In this document: positions 17,881 to 29,700 of the stretch, piece after piece
How the letters are laid out: each line of letters opens with the position of its first letter
Position numbering within the stretch: the first letter of the stretch is position 1
NCBI GenBank assembly: GCA_964586155.1
Contig: CAZPHC010000012.1
Span: forward strand, 78,275 to 142,274
Length of the DNA: 64,000 nucleotides
Source of the DNA: an uncultured Enterobacteriaceae bacterium
GTDB taxonomy: Bacteria; Myxococcota_A; UBA9042
Direction: 5' to 3'
Position numbers and translations under genes: made by a program
Notes under the pieces: generated by a model
What the model saw: the letters and a program-made list of their open reading frames with translations, nothing else
Database searches by the model: none
Told to the model about the DNA's origin: nothing

Positions 17881-20250
17881 ATGGGCGGACAGGGCCAAGC
17901 ACGGCGGCGGCGCGAGCGATCCGGCCTCGTGCGCTGGCTGCTCGTCGCCGGGATCTTGCTCGCCACAGCGACGGCCTGGTCCGACCCTGCGAACGGTCCA
18001 GCCCCAGCCGCGAGCGCCATCGCCCCAGACGAGGGCGAGCGGGTCATGAACCTCGTCACGCCGTGGCGGGACGGCGCCGAGGTCGCGCCGGGGCTGCGTT
18101 TTGTCGGCGCGGCCATCGACAAGGAGCTCGCCTGCTACCTCTTCGAAGGCGCACGCAAGGTGGAGGCCTGCCTGCTGCCCAAGGCCGGCGGTCGCGAGGT
18201 GCCGTCGACGAACCGCCTTCCGCTGCCGGGCGGCGCGTCGCTGGTGCTGCGCGCGCCCCCTGACCCGACGGCCGCAGAGGTGGCCCTGCTGGGCGAGTTG
18301 CACGGCCTCCTGACCCGCAACGCCGAGAGCCACGGTCTCGCCGAGCTCTGGCACCAGCCGCTGATCAACCCACGCGGTGTGCAGCAACTGGTGACGTTCC
18401 CCGCGGCTTGGGGCTACCTGATCGAGTGGCTCGAGGAGCCGATGCTCTGGCTCATCGGCCTGCTGCTGTGGGTCGTGCTGGCCAGCCGCGCCGCGGTCTC
18501 GGACCTGCCAGGTCGAGGTTGGCCGCATGTCGCAGTCCTGCTCGCCTACTCCGTGCTGACACGCTGGACCCTCCCCATCGACGCGCCGATGACCGCGTGG
18601 TCGTGGAAACGCCTGACCACCATCGGCCACCAGGTGATCGACTCGGTGCTGATCGAGGCGCTCGTGTCGACGTTCGTCGGGCCGATCGTGACGCTCGACG
18701 CCGTGCAGTCAGTCCTGGCGCGCGTGCTCTCGATCGCGACGCCGCTGGCGCTGCTCGGCCACGGACGCAAGCTCTTTGGCTCTTCTCACGCCGCCTTCGC
18801 GACGGCGGCGCTGCTGGCAGCCAGCCCGCACGCGCTGCGCTTCGCCGCCGCGGATACCCAGTTCAACACGTCGATGTTCTGGTCGTCGGTGGCGTTCTTC
18901 TGGGTCTACTGCGCGCTCGAGGCGTCACGCCCCCTGGCGCGGCTGGCCTACGCGCTGGGCCTCGCCCCATTGCTCATGCTGGCGATGACGGCGCGGCCGC
19001 TGAACCTGGTCTACGGACCGCTGATGATCTCGGCCCTATGGATCGCGACCAGCCGCGACAAGGTGCGCTGGCGCACGGTGCTGGCGGTCGAGGTTGCGGC
19101 CGTGTTCGCCTGGGCGACCTGGGACCTGATGTCGCAGAACAGCGCGTCGGTCGAGAGTGCGCTGGTGTGGGCGTCGGTCCTGGGCGCGCTGGAGCTGCTG
19201 CTCAACCCGGACTACAACCCCCTGTTCTTCTGGCGCCTGACGCCGCCGATCTGGCCCGTCCTGATCGGCATCGGCGTGTTCGCGTTGGTGCGCGGCCCGT
19301 GGCGGACGCTGGAGCCGGCGATCGCGCGGCGCCGCGGCATCTGGCTCGTCTGCTGGCTGTTCGGCTACATCGCGCTGCACGGCGTCGTCGTGGTCGAAGA
19401 GCCGATGAACAACGCCCGCTACCAGCTGCACTCGCTGCCGGCGATGGCCATGCTCGCGGGCGCGGGGCTCTGGGCGCTCTGGTCCGCGTGGAGCACCAAG
19501 AGCCCGCATCACCGCGCCGCCGCGATCGGCGCCGCGCTCGTCTGCGCCGCGGCGCCGTGGCTGCACCAGGCGTCGATCCAGGACGTCGGCTTCGCGACCA
19601 TGCAGCAACGCCTGTTCCTGCGCGAGATGGTCGAGACCGCCGCCGTCGACGGCAGGATCCCGCCAGGCTGCACGACGATCGAGGTCATGCGACCGCTGCT
19701 CGGCCCGCCGGTGAGCAAGATGCAGCGCGCCGGTCGCCTGGCCCCGGGCGGTGCTCCGGACGGCCTCGACGAGCAACTGTGGCAGCACGCCGACGTGCAG
19801 CATTGGACCGAGCACCCGCTGGGGCCCGACGGCCGCGAGCTGGCGCAAGGACCCGGCGGCGGGGCACCCGACGCGGGGGCGATCCAGGCCGGCGCCGCGC
19901 CGCCGTCGGGCGTCCAAGGCGCGGCGCTGGCGAACGTCGGCAGCTCGATCGCGGCGAGCCACCAGGGCGATCGCGAACATCGCCCCGATCTGGCCGGGAT
20001 CTCCGAACGCGGCCGGGCGTTGCTGGCGCGTCCTCCGTCCTGCCTGGTCTTCTTCGAGAGCGCGGAGTGCGCGCTGGAGCCGGGGTCGACCAAGCGCCAC
20101 CCAGCGTGCGAGGAGATCCTGGCCTCGGGGCGTTGGCAGCTCATCGCCGAGCGCAAGACCGTCACGCGGATCTACGATGCGCCGCTGATGCTGCACCTAC
20201 GCGCCAACGGCGATCCGCTCGAGCTGCGGATGTGGCGACGGACGTTCTGA
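17881..20250 (+). CDS. Large polytopic integral membrane protein, possibly a GT-C-type glycosyltransferase-like protein
   Basis: 789 aa from an internal ATG (MGGQGQARRRRERSGLVRWLLVAGILLA). At least 10 predicted TM helices in the central 450 aa. No catalytic motif recognised. Confidence 0.55.
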   Translation: MGGQGQARRRRERSGLVRWLLVAGILLATATAWSDPANGPAPAASAIAPDEGERVMNLVTPWRDGAEVAPGLRFVGAAIDKELACYLFEGARKVEACLLPKAGGREVPSTNRLPLPGGASLVLRAPPDPTAAEVALLGELHGLLTRNAESHGLAELWHQPLINPRGVQQLVTFPAAWGYLIEWLEEPMLWLIGLLLWVVLASRAAVSDLPGRGWPHVAVLLAYSVLTRWTLPIDAPMTAWSWKRLTTIGHQVIDSVLIEALVSTFVGPIVTLDAVQSVLARVLSIATPLALLGHGRKLFGSSHAAFATAALLAASPHALRFAAADTQFNTSMFWSSVAFFWVYCALEASRPLARLAYALGLAPLLMLAMTARPLNLVYGPLMISALWIATSRDKVRWRTVLAVEVAAVFAWATWDLMSQNSASVESALVWASVLGALELLLNPDYNPLFFWRLTPPIWPVLIGIGVFALVRGPWRTLEPAIARRRGIWLVCWLFGYIALHGVVVVEEPMNNARYQLHSLPAMAMLAGAGLWALWSAWSTKSPHHRAAAIGAALVCAAAPWLHQASIQDVGFATMQQRLFLREMVETAAVDGRIPPGCTTIEVMRPLLGPPVSKMQRAGRLAPGGAPDGLDEQLWQHADVQHWTEHPLGPDGRELAQGPGGGAPDAGAIQAGAAPPSGVQGAALANVGSSIAASHQGDREHRPDLAGISERGRALLARPPSCLVFFESAECALEPGSTKRHPACEEILASGRWQLIAERKTVTRIYDAPLMLHLRANGDPLELRMWRRTF

Positions 20251-20290
20251 GCCGCGTGCGCGGCGCCAGCGACCGGGCCCGATCGCGTCG

Positions 20291-21040
20291 CTAGAAGCGC
20301 CAGCCCGCAGACACCGTCAGCCCCGACGCGTCGATGCGCTCCTGGGCTGCGTAGGCCCACGACCACTGGACGCCGGCGCCGAAGAACGCCGTGCCGACGT
20401 CGAAGCGCGAGCCCAACGCCAGCGAGACCCAGGACGTCGGCGGCGCTCGCTCGAGGCGCTGGTCCGGGCGCTCGGGATCGATCGGGCTGGTCAGGCCGAA
20501 CGACTGCTGCAGACGGACCATCGAGTACAGACGCAGCCACTGCAGCGGGATCCACGTCGCGCCGCCGTCGAGATAGCCGCCGCCCGCCAGGTGGACCGCG
20601 CCCTCGGGCCAGTTGCGGCCATGCCCACCGAGGCCGAGGCCTGCGCCGATGCCGGTCGCGAGCTGCAGCGTCGGCAGCACCGGCACGCGATGGCGCCAGC
20701 CGACCGCCGGCATCGTGAACGCTTCTTCGTTGTCGCCGGCGATCTCGTGGCCGAAGATCGAGACCTCGATGTCGTCCTGGCTGCCGAGGGGCACGCGCAT
20801 CTCGGCCTCCCAGGCGCCCTGCCGCGTGAGCACGCCGTGGAATGCGCCCTCGGTCTGCGCGCCCGGGGCGGCGACGCCCATGGTCGAGCCGCGCATCGGC
20901 GGCGCGAACGGTGCGCCGCAGCCCGCAGCGAACGCGACCATCCCGCCCAGGAGCAGCAGCGCCCGATGGCGAACCCCCACCGCCGGAGCTCGCCCGGCGG
21001 GATCGTCGGTCGTTCGTCGCCTCTGTGGATCGGTTGCCAT
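20291..21040 (-). CDS. Outer-membrane beta-barrel-like protein (C-terminal WRF)
   Basis: Strong RBS GAGGAGGAGGGAGC before the ATG. Signal plus lipobox-like AAGC. Alternating amphipathic strands and an aromatic C-terminus (GWRF). Confidence 0.5.
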   Translation of the reverse strand: MATDPQRRRTTDDPAGRAPAVGVRHRALLLLGGMVAFAAGCGAPFAPPMRGSTMGVAAPGAQTEGAFHGVLTRQGAWEAEMRVPLGSQDDIEVSIFGHEIAGDNEEAFTMPAVGWRHRVPVLPTLQLATGIGAGLGLGGHGRNWPEGAVHLAGGGYLDGGATWIPLQWLRLYSMVRLQQSFGLTSPIDPERPDQRLERAPPTSWVSLALGSRFDVGTAFFGAGVQWSWAYAAQERIDASGLTVSAGWRF

Positions 21041-21319
21041 GCTCCCTCCTCCTCATCCCACGGGACTGTCGGTTGGCCGCACTCTCGCCTGGACGACGCT
21101 GCATGGCGCGTGCCAGATCTGCGATCCCGATCCAAGTCATCGAGATGGAACGGACAATGCCCCGCAAGAACGCCCGTCACCACGCGGCGTGCCGCCCCTG
21201 GATGGTGTGTCGACGCACCGCGTTGGAGCAGCCGTGCTCCGCAGGCGTCAGCGCCCTTTTGCCGCGCCGCGGAAGCCGGCAGTCTCTGCGCGGGGACGCG
21301 GGGACGCAGGAGGTCTGCG

Positions 21320-21760
21320 ATGGCACGCAAGCGCGGCAGCAGCAAGGCGCACGTCGCCGAGCGGCATGGCCTTGCGACGCCGCAGCGCAAGGCGCTGTCG
21401 CGCAATCGCCAGATCTTGGCGATCGTACGCACGGACCGCACCTTCGGCCTGGCGCTTTGGCGGGCCGAGGAGGTCTGGCTCGGCCGCTGCCTGATGTGCA
21501 ACGCCGGCGTCATGGCCAGCCAACGCGGCACCCTGCTCGAGGGCGCGACGCTCGAGCACATCCTGCCGCGCCACCACGGCGGCGACGACACGCCCGGCAA
21601 CCTCGCGATCGCCTGTCGCCGCTGCAACAACAGCAAGGGCGTACGCATCGACAACCTGCGCCGCGACGACCCCAGGCGGCGTGAGGTCACGCTGGCGCTG
21701 CTGGAGCGCCGCCGCCAGCGCTGGCGCGACGACGCGCAGCCGGACGCGCCGCCCGCCTGA
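21320..21760 (+). CDS. Stand-alone HNH endonuclease
   Basis: 146 aa. AGGAGG 8 nt upstream. HNH motif with a zinc finger (CLMCN...[30 protein letters not shown]). Confidence 0.75.
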   Translation: MARKRGSSKAHVAERHGLATPQRKALSRNRQILAIVRTDRTFGLALWRAEEVWLGRCLMCNAGVMASQRGTLLEGATLEHILPRHHGGDDTPGNLAIACRRCNNSKGVRIDNLRRDDPRRREVTLALLERRRQRWRDDAQPDAPPA

Positions 21761-21857
21761 GGCAACCCCCCGCCGACGTGACGATCTCGCAACGGCCATT
21801 GACGCGACGCGCCCGGACGGGCGGGATCGCGGGGCAGAGAGCCGGAGGAGGTCCGCC

Positions 21858-22415
21858 ATGGCCGCGCCAGGATCCAACGAGCCGACGTCGCCGCCCGGAT
21901 CGAGCGCGGCCGCCCCGCGTGTCGGCATCGTCATGGGCAGCCGCTCGGACTGGTCGACGATGATCGCGGCGGCCGACGCCCTCGACGGCCTCGGCGTGGC
22001 CTACGAGGTGCGCGTCGTCTCGGCCCACCGGACACCCGACCTGCTCTTCGCCTACGCCGAGCAGGCGCAGGGCCGCGGGCTGCAGGTCATCATCGCAGGC
22101 GCCGGCGGCGCGGCCCACCTGCCCGGCATGCTCGCGGCGAAGACGACGCTGCCGGTGCTCGGCGTGCCGGTCGAGTCGCGGGTGCTGCGCGGGGTGGACT
22201 CGCTGCTGTCGATCGTGCAGATGCCGGCCGGGGTGCCGGTCGCGACGCTGGCCATCGGCACGGCGGGTGCGACCAACGCTGGCCTGCTGGCGGCCCAGAT
22301 CTTGGCGCTGCACGACCCGGCGCTGGCCGAGCGCCTCGACGCGGCGCGGGCAGCGCAGACCGCGGCGGTGCTGGCGGCCGGCGACCCACGCGTGCCGCCG
22401 CCGGAGGCGCCGTGA
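21858..22415 (+). CDS. purE: N5-carboxyaminoimidazole ribonucleotide mutase
   Basis: Internal ATG with GGAGGAGG RBS. Conserved PurE core (VGIVMGSxSDW ... AHRTP ... [12 protein letters not shown]). The listed ORF 21681.. is over-extended. Confidence 0.9.
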   Translation: MAAPGSNEPTSPPGSSAAAPRVGIVMGSRSDWSTMIAAADALDGLGVAYEVRVVSAHRTPDLLFAYAEQAQGRGLQVIIAGAGGAAHLPGMLAAKTTLPVLGVPVESRVLRGVDSLLSIVQMPAGVPVATLAIGTAGATNAGLLAAQILALHDPALAERLDAARAAQTAAVLAAGDPRVPPPEAP

Positions 22416-23521
22416 CCATCGGCGTGCTCGGCGCCGGCCAGCTCGGCCGGATGCTCGCGCTCGCCGCGTACCGGCTCGGTGAGCGCGTCGTCCTGCTCGA
22501 CCCGAACCCGGAGTCCTGCGGCGGCCACGTCGCGCCGGTCGTCGTCGGCCGCTGGGACGAGCCAGGCGCGTTGGCCGAGCTGGCGCGCCGCGCCGACGTC
22601 GTCACCTTCGAGTTCGAGAACGTGCCCGAGTCGGCGGCGCGCTTCCTCGCCGACCGCGTCGCCGTCGCGCCGCCGGCCGCGGCCCTCGCCATCGCCCAGG
22701 ACCGGCTGCGCGAGAAGCAGTTCTTCGGCCAGATCGACGTCGCGGTCGCGCCCTACGCCGCGGTCGACTCGCAGGCGCAGCTACAGGCCGCGATCGCGAC
22801 GATCGGCCTTCCGGCGGTGCTCAAGACGCGCCGCTTCGGCTACGACGGCAAGGGCCAGCACATCCTGCGCACGTGGGCCGACGTCGAGCAGGGCTGGCTC
22901 GCGCTCGGCGCCGCGCCGCTGCTGGTCGAGGCGCTGGTGCCCTTCGACTTCGAGGTCAGCGCCATCGCCTGCCGCGGCCGCGACGGCCAGATCGTGCGCT
23001 ACCCGCTGGTCGACAACGAGCACCGCGACGGCGTGCTGCACCTGTCGCGGCCCGGCAGCCCGCGCGTGACGCCTTCGCTGCAGGCGCAAGCCGACGCGGT
23101 GATGGACCGCGCGCTGGCGGCCCTCGACTACGTCGGCGTGCTCACGGTGGAGTTCTTCGTCCACCAGGGCCGGCTGCTCGCCAACGAGATGGCGCCGCGG
23201 GTGCACAACTCCGGCCACTACAGCATCGACGGCGCCGCGACCAGCCAGTTCGACAACCACGTCCGGGCGTTGGTCGGGCTGCCTCTGGGCAGCACCGAGA
23301 CGCTGCGGCCCTGCGCGATGGTCAACGTCGTCGGCGCCATGCCGACGCTCGCGGCGCTCTGCGCGCTGCCCGGGGTGCAGGTGCACGCCTACGGCAAGCG
23401 TGGCAGCGCGGGCCGAAAGATCGGCCACATCACGGTGTCGGCCGAGGACGAAGCGACGTTGGCGGCGCGGCTGGACGTCGTCCGCGCCATGGTCGAGGGC
23501 GCCGCCGCTCGGCAAGGCTGA
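22412..23521 (+). CDS. purK: N5-carboxyaminoimidazole ribonucleotide synthetase
   Basis: 369 aa ATP-grasp protein. GTG start overlapping the purE stop (GTGA). Typical PurK N-terminus [12 protein letters not shown]. Confidence 0.9.
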   Translation: MTIGVLGAGQLGRMLALAAYRLGERVVLLDPNPESCGGHVAPVVVGRWDEPGALAELARRADVVTFEFENVPESAARFLADRVAVAPPAAALAIAQDRLREKQFFGQIDVAVAPYAAVDSQAQLQAAIATIGLPAVLKTRRFGYDGKGQHILRTWADVEQGWLALGAAPLLVEALVPFDFEVSAIACRGRDGQIVRYPLVDNEHRDGVLHLSRPGSPRVTPSLQAQADAVMDRALAALDYVGVLTVEFFVHQGRLLANEMAPRVHNSGHYSIDGAATSQFDNHVRALVGLPLGSTETLRPCAMVNVVGAMPTLAALCALPGVQVHAYGKRGSAGRKIGHITVSAEDEATLAARLDVVRAMVEGAAARQG

Positions 23522-23724
23522 CGCCGGACCGGCGACAGGGCGAGACCGACCGGCCACCTCGTGCGTCTCCCCTGGACGCGCGGCTTGACACGACCCGGCC
23601 GCCCGGCAGAATCCCAGGCGACCAAGCCCCCTCGACGCAACCAGTCGCCGAGTCGGTGCGGCGTCGCCCGGTTCGCGCGCTGGCCTCCACCAGCGCCATC
23701 CGCGGGTCGACGAGGGAGAACGTC

Positions 23725-24675
23725 ATGACGGAACGACAAGGACCGGCCCGGGCACGGCGCGGGCGTCGCGCGCCGACGCGGTGGGTCGCGGCGGCGCTGG
23801 CGGCATGCCTGGCGCTCGCCCTGCTGCCGCAGGCCGCGATGGCGCGGCGGCGCAACATGCTGAGCCTATTTGACAACCCGCAGAGCCTGCTGCGCGACTA
23901 CTCGATGACGGCGAGCGTCTTCGTCGCTGGCGGCGCCGGCGAGATGTCGGGCTGGCGCAGCGGCAACCCCGCGACGCCGTTTGGCATGGGCTTCCGCTAT
24001 CACGAGCGCAACGGCTTCATCACCGGCACCGTCATGGCGCTGTTCCAGATCATGGCCGGCGCCGTCGCATCGTCGGGCCCCAAGAGCGTCAACACCTGGA
24101 CCGAGGGCAACTACCGCTACACGCAGACGACCTACTACAGCCAGGCCGAGAAGCAGCGCATCATGGACAACGCGAGCAACAGCGCGTCGAACATGATGTC
24201 GTCGCCCAACCAGTCGTTCGACCTCGAGATCTACAGCCGCAACCTCGGCGGCGACATCAGCGGCTACCGCGCGACGATGATGCTCATGGGCTTCGACGGC
24301 CCGGGCACGTCGATGATCGACTGGGGCTTCGGCTTCGGCAGCGCCACGGCGGCCGTCGCCCAGGACGGCCACTACCTGATCACCGACTGGACCTACTTCG
24401 GCATCCCGATCCGCCTGAACGTCCCGGTCGGCCCGTTGTTGCTCTTCGCCCAGTTCGACTGGAATTGGTGGGGCCACAGCCGGGGCGACAAGATCGAGGG
24501 CAAGCAGACCTTCGCCCCCGGCACGACGCAGATGATCCACACCGCGGGCTTCCCGCTGCGGGTCGGCGCGTCGACCGCCGTGCTCGGGCGCCTGTACCTG
24601 GAGGCCGTCGCGCTGACGCCCTCCCTCACCAGCGGCGCGTTCGGCTTCACGGCCGGCGCGGGCGCGCGCTTCTAG
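23725..24675 (+). CDS. Secreted beta-barrel-like protein (C-terminal GARF), paralogous to the next gene
   Basis: ATG preceded by GAGGGAGAA. Signal peptide AAALAACLALALLPQAAMA. C-terminal Phe. The listed ORF 22873.. is over-extended. Confidence 0.55.
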   Translation: MTERQGPARARRGRRAPTRWVAAALAACLALALLPQAAMARRRNMLSLFDNPQSLLRDYSMTASVFVAGGAGEMSGWRSGNPATPFGMGFRYHERNGFITGTVMALFQIMAGAVASSGPKSVNTWTEGNYRYTQTTYYSQAEKQRIMDNASNSASNMMSSPNQSFDLEIYSRNLGGDISGYRATMMLMGFDGPGTSMIDWGFGFGSATAAVAQDGHYLITDWTYFGIPIRLNVPVGPLLLFAQFDWNWWGHSRGDKIEGKQTFAPGTTQMIHTAGFPLRVGASTAVLGRLYLEAVALTPSLTSGAFGFTAGAGARF

Positions 24676-24684
24676 GAGGGCACG

Positions 24685-25488
24685 ATGCGTTCGACACCCG
24701 TGCGCTCCGGCGCAACCCAGCCAGCGCGCGTCGCGGCCCGCGTCGCAGCCCTTGCGCTGCTGGCGCTGACGGCGACGATGCTGCCGCCCCAGACCGCGCA
24801 GGCCCGCGGCGGCATGACCTGGATCGGCCTCGACCACGACCTGCGCGTCGACGGCAGCTACAGCCGCGGCAGCCGGTGGACCAAGGGCGGCAACCAATAC
24901 CTCGTCACGTTCGAGGGCGCGACCTTCGGCAAGGTCTCGCCGCTCGGCAACCTCGCCGGCTTGGAGTTCGGCGCCGCGATGGGCTACGACGGGGTGCCCT
25001 ACCGCGAGTCCGACCAGGCGCTCGGCGACTTCGGCTTCTTGTTCGACATGTCGGTCGGCTTCCCGGTGACGCTGCTCAACCTGCTCTCGGGCGGCAAGAG
25101 CCGGCTGATGGTGGGCGTCTCGCCCGGGTTCGGCATCTCGATGGTCAGCGCCTACACCTACCTCAAGGCCAAGACGCTGTTCCGTGTGTCGAACCAGCTC
25201 GTGCTCGAGGGGCAGTGGACGTGGTGGCCGGGCGCGGCCAGCCATCCCCTCGGCTCGACCGACAACTCCGTCAACGCCGCGGCGTTGCGCGGCACGGCCT
25301 ACTTCAAGCTCTCACGCAGCACCGCCGTGCTCGGCTACCTGGAGCTCTACCAGGGCCAGCGCGAGGAGGACGTGGCCACCGGAGGCAACGCGAGCAAGGT
25401 GCTGTTTGGCGGACGCGACCCCTTCGGCTCGACCAAACGCTACGCGTACGAGGATTTCCTGCGCTTTGGAGTCGGCTATGCGTTCTAG
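24685..25488 (+). CDS. Secreted beta-barrel-like protein (C-terminal GYAF)
   Basis: RBS TAGGAGGG. Signal peptide ending AQA. C-terminal aromatic residues. 9 nt after the previous gene. Confidence 0.55.
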   Translation: MRSTPVRSGATQPARVAARVAALALLALTATMLPPQTAQARGGMTWIGLDHDLRVDGSYSRGSRWTKGGNQYLVTFEGATFGKVSPLGNLAGLEFGAAMGYDGVPYRESDQALGDFGFLFDMSVGFPVTLLNLLSGGKSRLMVGVSPGFGISMVSAYTYLKAKTLFRVSNQLVLEGQWTWWPGAASHPLGSTDNSVNAAALRGTAYFKLSRSTAVLGYLELYQGQREEDVATGGNASKVLFGGRDPFGSTKRYAYEDFLRFGVGYAF

Positions 25489-26539
25489 GTCATCGCTGCG
25501 CGCGCAGCTGCTCCTGGCGTGGGGCGGTCGATCGGCGTTGGTCGCCACGCTCGGCCTCGCCGGCTGCCTGCTGCCCGAGATCGACACGCCTCCGATCGAC
25601 CCGAGCCTGGTGGAGGAGCAGACCGAGGGTGGCGGCAGCTCCGGCGGCTCTGCCTGCGTCACCGGCACCTTCCAGGGCGGCCTCGACATCGTCGCCGGCA
25701 TGGAGGACCTCGCGGGCACCGGCTACGAAGGCCAATGCGACGTCCAGGGCAACGTCACCATCAACGTCGATGCCCCGGCGGCGCAGAAGTTGACGCAGGT
25801 TCGCACCATCAGCGGCAACCTGACGCTGATGGGCCAGGGGCCGATCAAGTCGTCGACGACGCTGCTGAACTCGCTGACCCAGGCCGGCAACCTCATCCTG
25901 CACGGCACGCTGCTGCACCATGTACCGAAGCTGCCGAAGCTGACGACGGTCAACGAGATCATCATCCGCAACAACACGCAGCTGCAGGACATCACGGGCT
26001 TCGACGCGCTGACCTCGTTCACGACGCTGACCATCAACAACAACGGCGTGCTCACGAGCATCGCGGGCTTCGGCAAGATGACCGAGGTCGACGGCCGCAT
26101 CGACGTCCAGCAGAACCATCAGCTCGCCACCTTCTCGGCCTTCGCCAACATGACGCAGCACAACAACTTCCTGCGCATCGAGAACGGTCCGGTGGCGAAG
26201 ATCGCGTTCCCCAAGCTGGTCAACGCGTCGCAGCTGCAGTTGTCGCAGATCGGCGTGACGCAGATCTCCCTGCCGGCGCTGCAGACCGTCGGCAAGCTCG
26301 ACTTCGGCTACCTGACCTCGCTGACGACCATCGACAAGACCGCGCTCAAGACGATCAACTCGATGGACCTCGACCACCTGCCGCTGATCACGAACGTCGA
26401 CTGGATCCCGGCGACGGCCAAGCTCACGGGAACGGCCAACGTCTGCACCTCGGGTCAGGGGCTGATCGAGGCGGTCAACGCCTGGGTCCAGGCCAGCGGC
26501 AGCACCGGCAACGTCACTGCCAAGCTCTGCAAGCCTTGA
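25478..26539 (+). CDS. Lipoprotein with receptor-L-domain or LRR-like beta-helix repeats
   Basis: ATG overlaps the previous gene by 11 nt. Lipobox LGLAGC. Repeated ~25-aa units rich in N/L/T/I (ITGFDALTSFTTLTINNNGVLTSIAGF...). Confidence 0.55.
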   Translation: MRSRSSLRAQLLLAWGGRSALVATLGLAGCLLPEIDTPPIDPSLVEEQTEGGGSSGGSACVTGTFQGGLDIVAGMEDLAGTGYEGQCDVQGNVTINVDAPAAQKLTQVRTISGNLTLMGQGPIKSSTTLLNSLTQAGNLILHGTLLHHVPKLPKLTTVNEIIIRNNTQLQDITGFDALTSFTTLTINNNGVLTSIAGFGKMTEVDGRIDVQQNHQLATFSAFANMTQHNNFLRIENGPVAKIAFPKLVNASQLQLSQIGVTQISLPALQTVGKLDFGYLTSLTTIDKTALKTINSMDLDHLPLITNVDWIPATAKLTGTANVCTSGQGLIEAVNAWVQASGSTGNVTAKLCKP

Positions 26540-26730
26540 GGCGATCGCCGCGTCCTGACGGCAGGCGATACCGCGAACGGGGCCCAAAACGCGCGCTGAT
26601 CGACACCATGTGGGATCGTTGAAGGGTACGCCCGCAGCGGCGCTGCCCGGCGGATTGTGCTAGCGTCGTCTCCGAGCAGATCGTCGCACCCGTTGACGAC
26701 CCTTGCCCCCCGAAGCTCGAAGGACTGCCC

Positions 26731-29700
26731 ATGATGAACCTGCCCACCTTCGTCGACCGCCGTGTCGCGCCCCTCTGGACCACCCTCAGCCTGCTGGCGG
26801 TGCTGCTGGCCCTGCCGGCTTGCGGCGGCGACGAGACCGGCGGCGACACGACCACGACGACGCAGGACGCCGCCGACGCCAGCGCGACCGACGCGACGAG
26901 CGCCGACTCGGCCACCGCGCAGGACGGTACCAGCGGGGACGACGCGAGCGCAGACGCGGCGACGCCGGACGACACGGCGACGCCGGGCGACACCACGACG
27001 CCGGGCGACACCACGACGCCGGGCGACACGGCGACCACGGGCGACACCACGACGCCGGACGACACCACGACGCCGGACGACACCGGGACCACGGGCGACA
27101 CCGCGACCACAGGCGACACCGCGACCACAGGCGACACGACTGCGGACGGGTCGGTCGACGTGCCGCCGACGCCCCCGATCGCCGAGCTCGTCATCGACGA
27201 CCAGGTGCTCAGCAAGGACTTCGACACCATCTACGCCAAGGTCGCCAACCTTCCGCCAAGCTACCCGGCGCCCGGCAAGCTGCGGATCCACTTCGACGAC
27301 GGCGGCGGCAAGGTCGGCGCGCTCGCCGGAGAGGTCGCCGTGCCCTTCGGCAGCCCGAACGCCGACCTGAAGATCGTGCTCAAGGAGGCGCTCGTCGGCA
27401 CCAAGGCGCTGATCGGCTCGCTGGTCGAAGGCAACGGCACCGCGTTCAAGGGCCAGGATGGCCAGCCCGTCGTCGTCAGCTTCAAGGTCACGGGCGACAC
27501 CGTGGACCCCGTGCTGACGATGGTCAGCCAGACCCTGCCCGACAACGACCTGCAGACGATCGCGGTCTCGTTCGTGCGCATCCCGGCGCGCTTCAAGGTC
27601 GGCGCCTGGCTCGCCATCTACGCCGACGCCGGCGGCAAGATCGGGGCCAACCTCGGCAAGGAGAAGTTCCTTCCCGGCGACCACACCGGCAAGACGGTCT
27701 ACCTGACCAGCCCGCTGACCAAGGGCCAGGTCCTACACGCCGTGCTGCGCGAGGCCTCCGCCGGCAGCGGCAGCTGGTCGGGCGGCAACCCGGTGGTCAA
27801 GGACCTCAGCGGCAACGCCATCGCCACCACCTTCTCGGTCGACGCCGCGCCCTTCCATCCCGTGCTCGAGATCGAGGACCAGACGCTGACCGACCCGAAG
27901 AAGCTGCTGATCAAGAAGGTCGTCGTGCCGCCGGAGCACTTCGGCGGCTGGCTCGCCATCTACGCCGACGACGCCGGCAAGGCCGGCGCGCTGCTGGGCA
28001 AGCTCTACTTCGTCAAGGGCACCAAGGAGAACCAGACCCTGTCGTTCACGACGGCGCAGCAGGGCGACCTGACGATGCATGCGGTGCTCTACGCCGGCCA
28101 GAAGTGGGACGACACCGGCGTCAACAACGTCGTCATGCAGACGCCCAACGGCGACCCGATGACGATGACGTTCAAGGTCGGCGCCAAGTCGCTGAGCTAC
28201 ATCATCGCCAAGCCCTACACGACCAAAGACCCGCGCCACGTCATGATCACGCGCGCCTACTCCTACGACTCGCCGGCGTGGGTGGTCATCGCCCGCGACG
28301 ACAACGGCAAGCCCGGCACCGTCCTGGCGCGCAAGAAGGTGCTGCCGAAGTTCGCCGGCAACGTCCACCTCGACAACCTCTACGGCGACTTCCTCGAGAA
28401 CGGCTCGCTGCAGGAGTGGCTGCCCGGCAAGCCCGGCACCTTCCGCCGCTACGTCAAGGGCGACGAGACGCTGCACGTGCTGCTCTACAAGGACGAGCCG
28501 GCCGACAACAAATTCACCTTCACCGAGGGCGGCAGCGAGGACCAGCCGGTGCTCGACGCCGGCGGCAAGCAGGTGACGGCGAAGATCGACGTCAAGGTCG
28601 TCGCCTCGATCCAGAACGTGCAGAAGGACAGCAACCGCTACTACTTCCCCTGCCCGCTGAGCCAGCACGTCGACCACCCGACCAAGCTGCCGGTGGACTG
28701 TCGCTGCCACGTCAACATCGAGAGCCTCGACTTCCCCGAGTGCAAATCCGATATCGCCGACGGCCTGAAGATGCAGTTCGGCGAAGGCCCGCGCGCCAAG
28801 ACCCACAACTTCGGCGGCTTCCGCAGCGGTTTTGCCGAGAAGGCCAGCAACGAGCTCATCGCGGTCATGGTCTGGAAGGACCACAAGACCATCTGGCCCG
28901 AGAACCAGATCACCCTCGACGTCGGCGTCGTCATGGGCATCGACATGACCACGCGCAAGCGCCGCTTCATCGGCGGCCGCTACGACGATCCGAGCACCGG
29001 CATCGCCGACCTGGGCAAGGGCCCGGTGCTCTCGGATCCCTTCGAGGTGCAGAAGGGCCCGGATGGCAAGTACTACGTCGCCAGCTACGGCTACGTCCGC
29101 ATCGAGGCGAGCCTGGTGCCGACGGTCGACGTCATCCGCCTCGACCCGGCCACGGGCGACCGCGAGTACGTCTGGCGCAGCAACCACCTGGGCTTCAACC
29201 TCGACAACAAGCCCAACCCCTACGGCCACTGCGCCAACGGCCGCGACGCCAAGTACGGCTACACCTCGGTCCACATCGGCCGCAAGGGCTTCGGCATCGA
29301 CGACAAGGGCAATTTCTACTTCAGCTACGCGCACAACGGCAACACGCCGACCTCGGATGGCATCGGCATCATCAAGGTCAGCGCCGACGGCAAGAGCTGC
29401 GATTTCGTCACCCGGCACAAGGTCGGCAAGGACAACGTGCTCTACAAGGGCGTCAACATCGGCACCGGCTACGAGGCCCAGGCCGGCCCGTACAAGGGCA
29501 TGCTGGTCAAGGACGGTAAGCTCTACGTCACCGCCGAGATCCCCGACGCGCTGATCGAGGTCGACATCGCCACGGGCAACCGCAAGATGCTCCACGAGCC
29601 CGGCGTCACGAGCAACACCAACGGCAGCTCGGGCACCCACATCCATTGGGACAGCCACCGCAACCTGATCTGGCAGGCGGGCTTGTCAAGCATGGTCATG

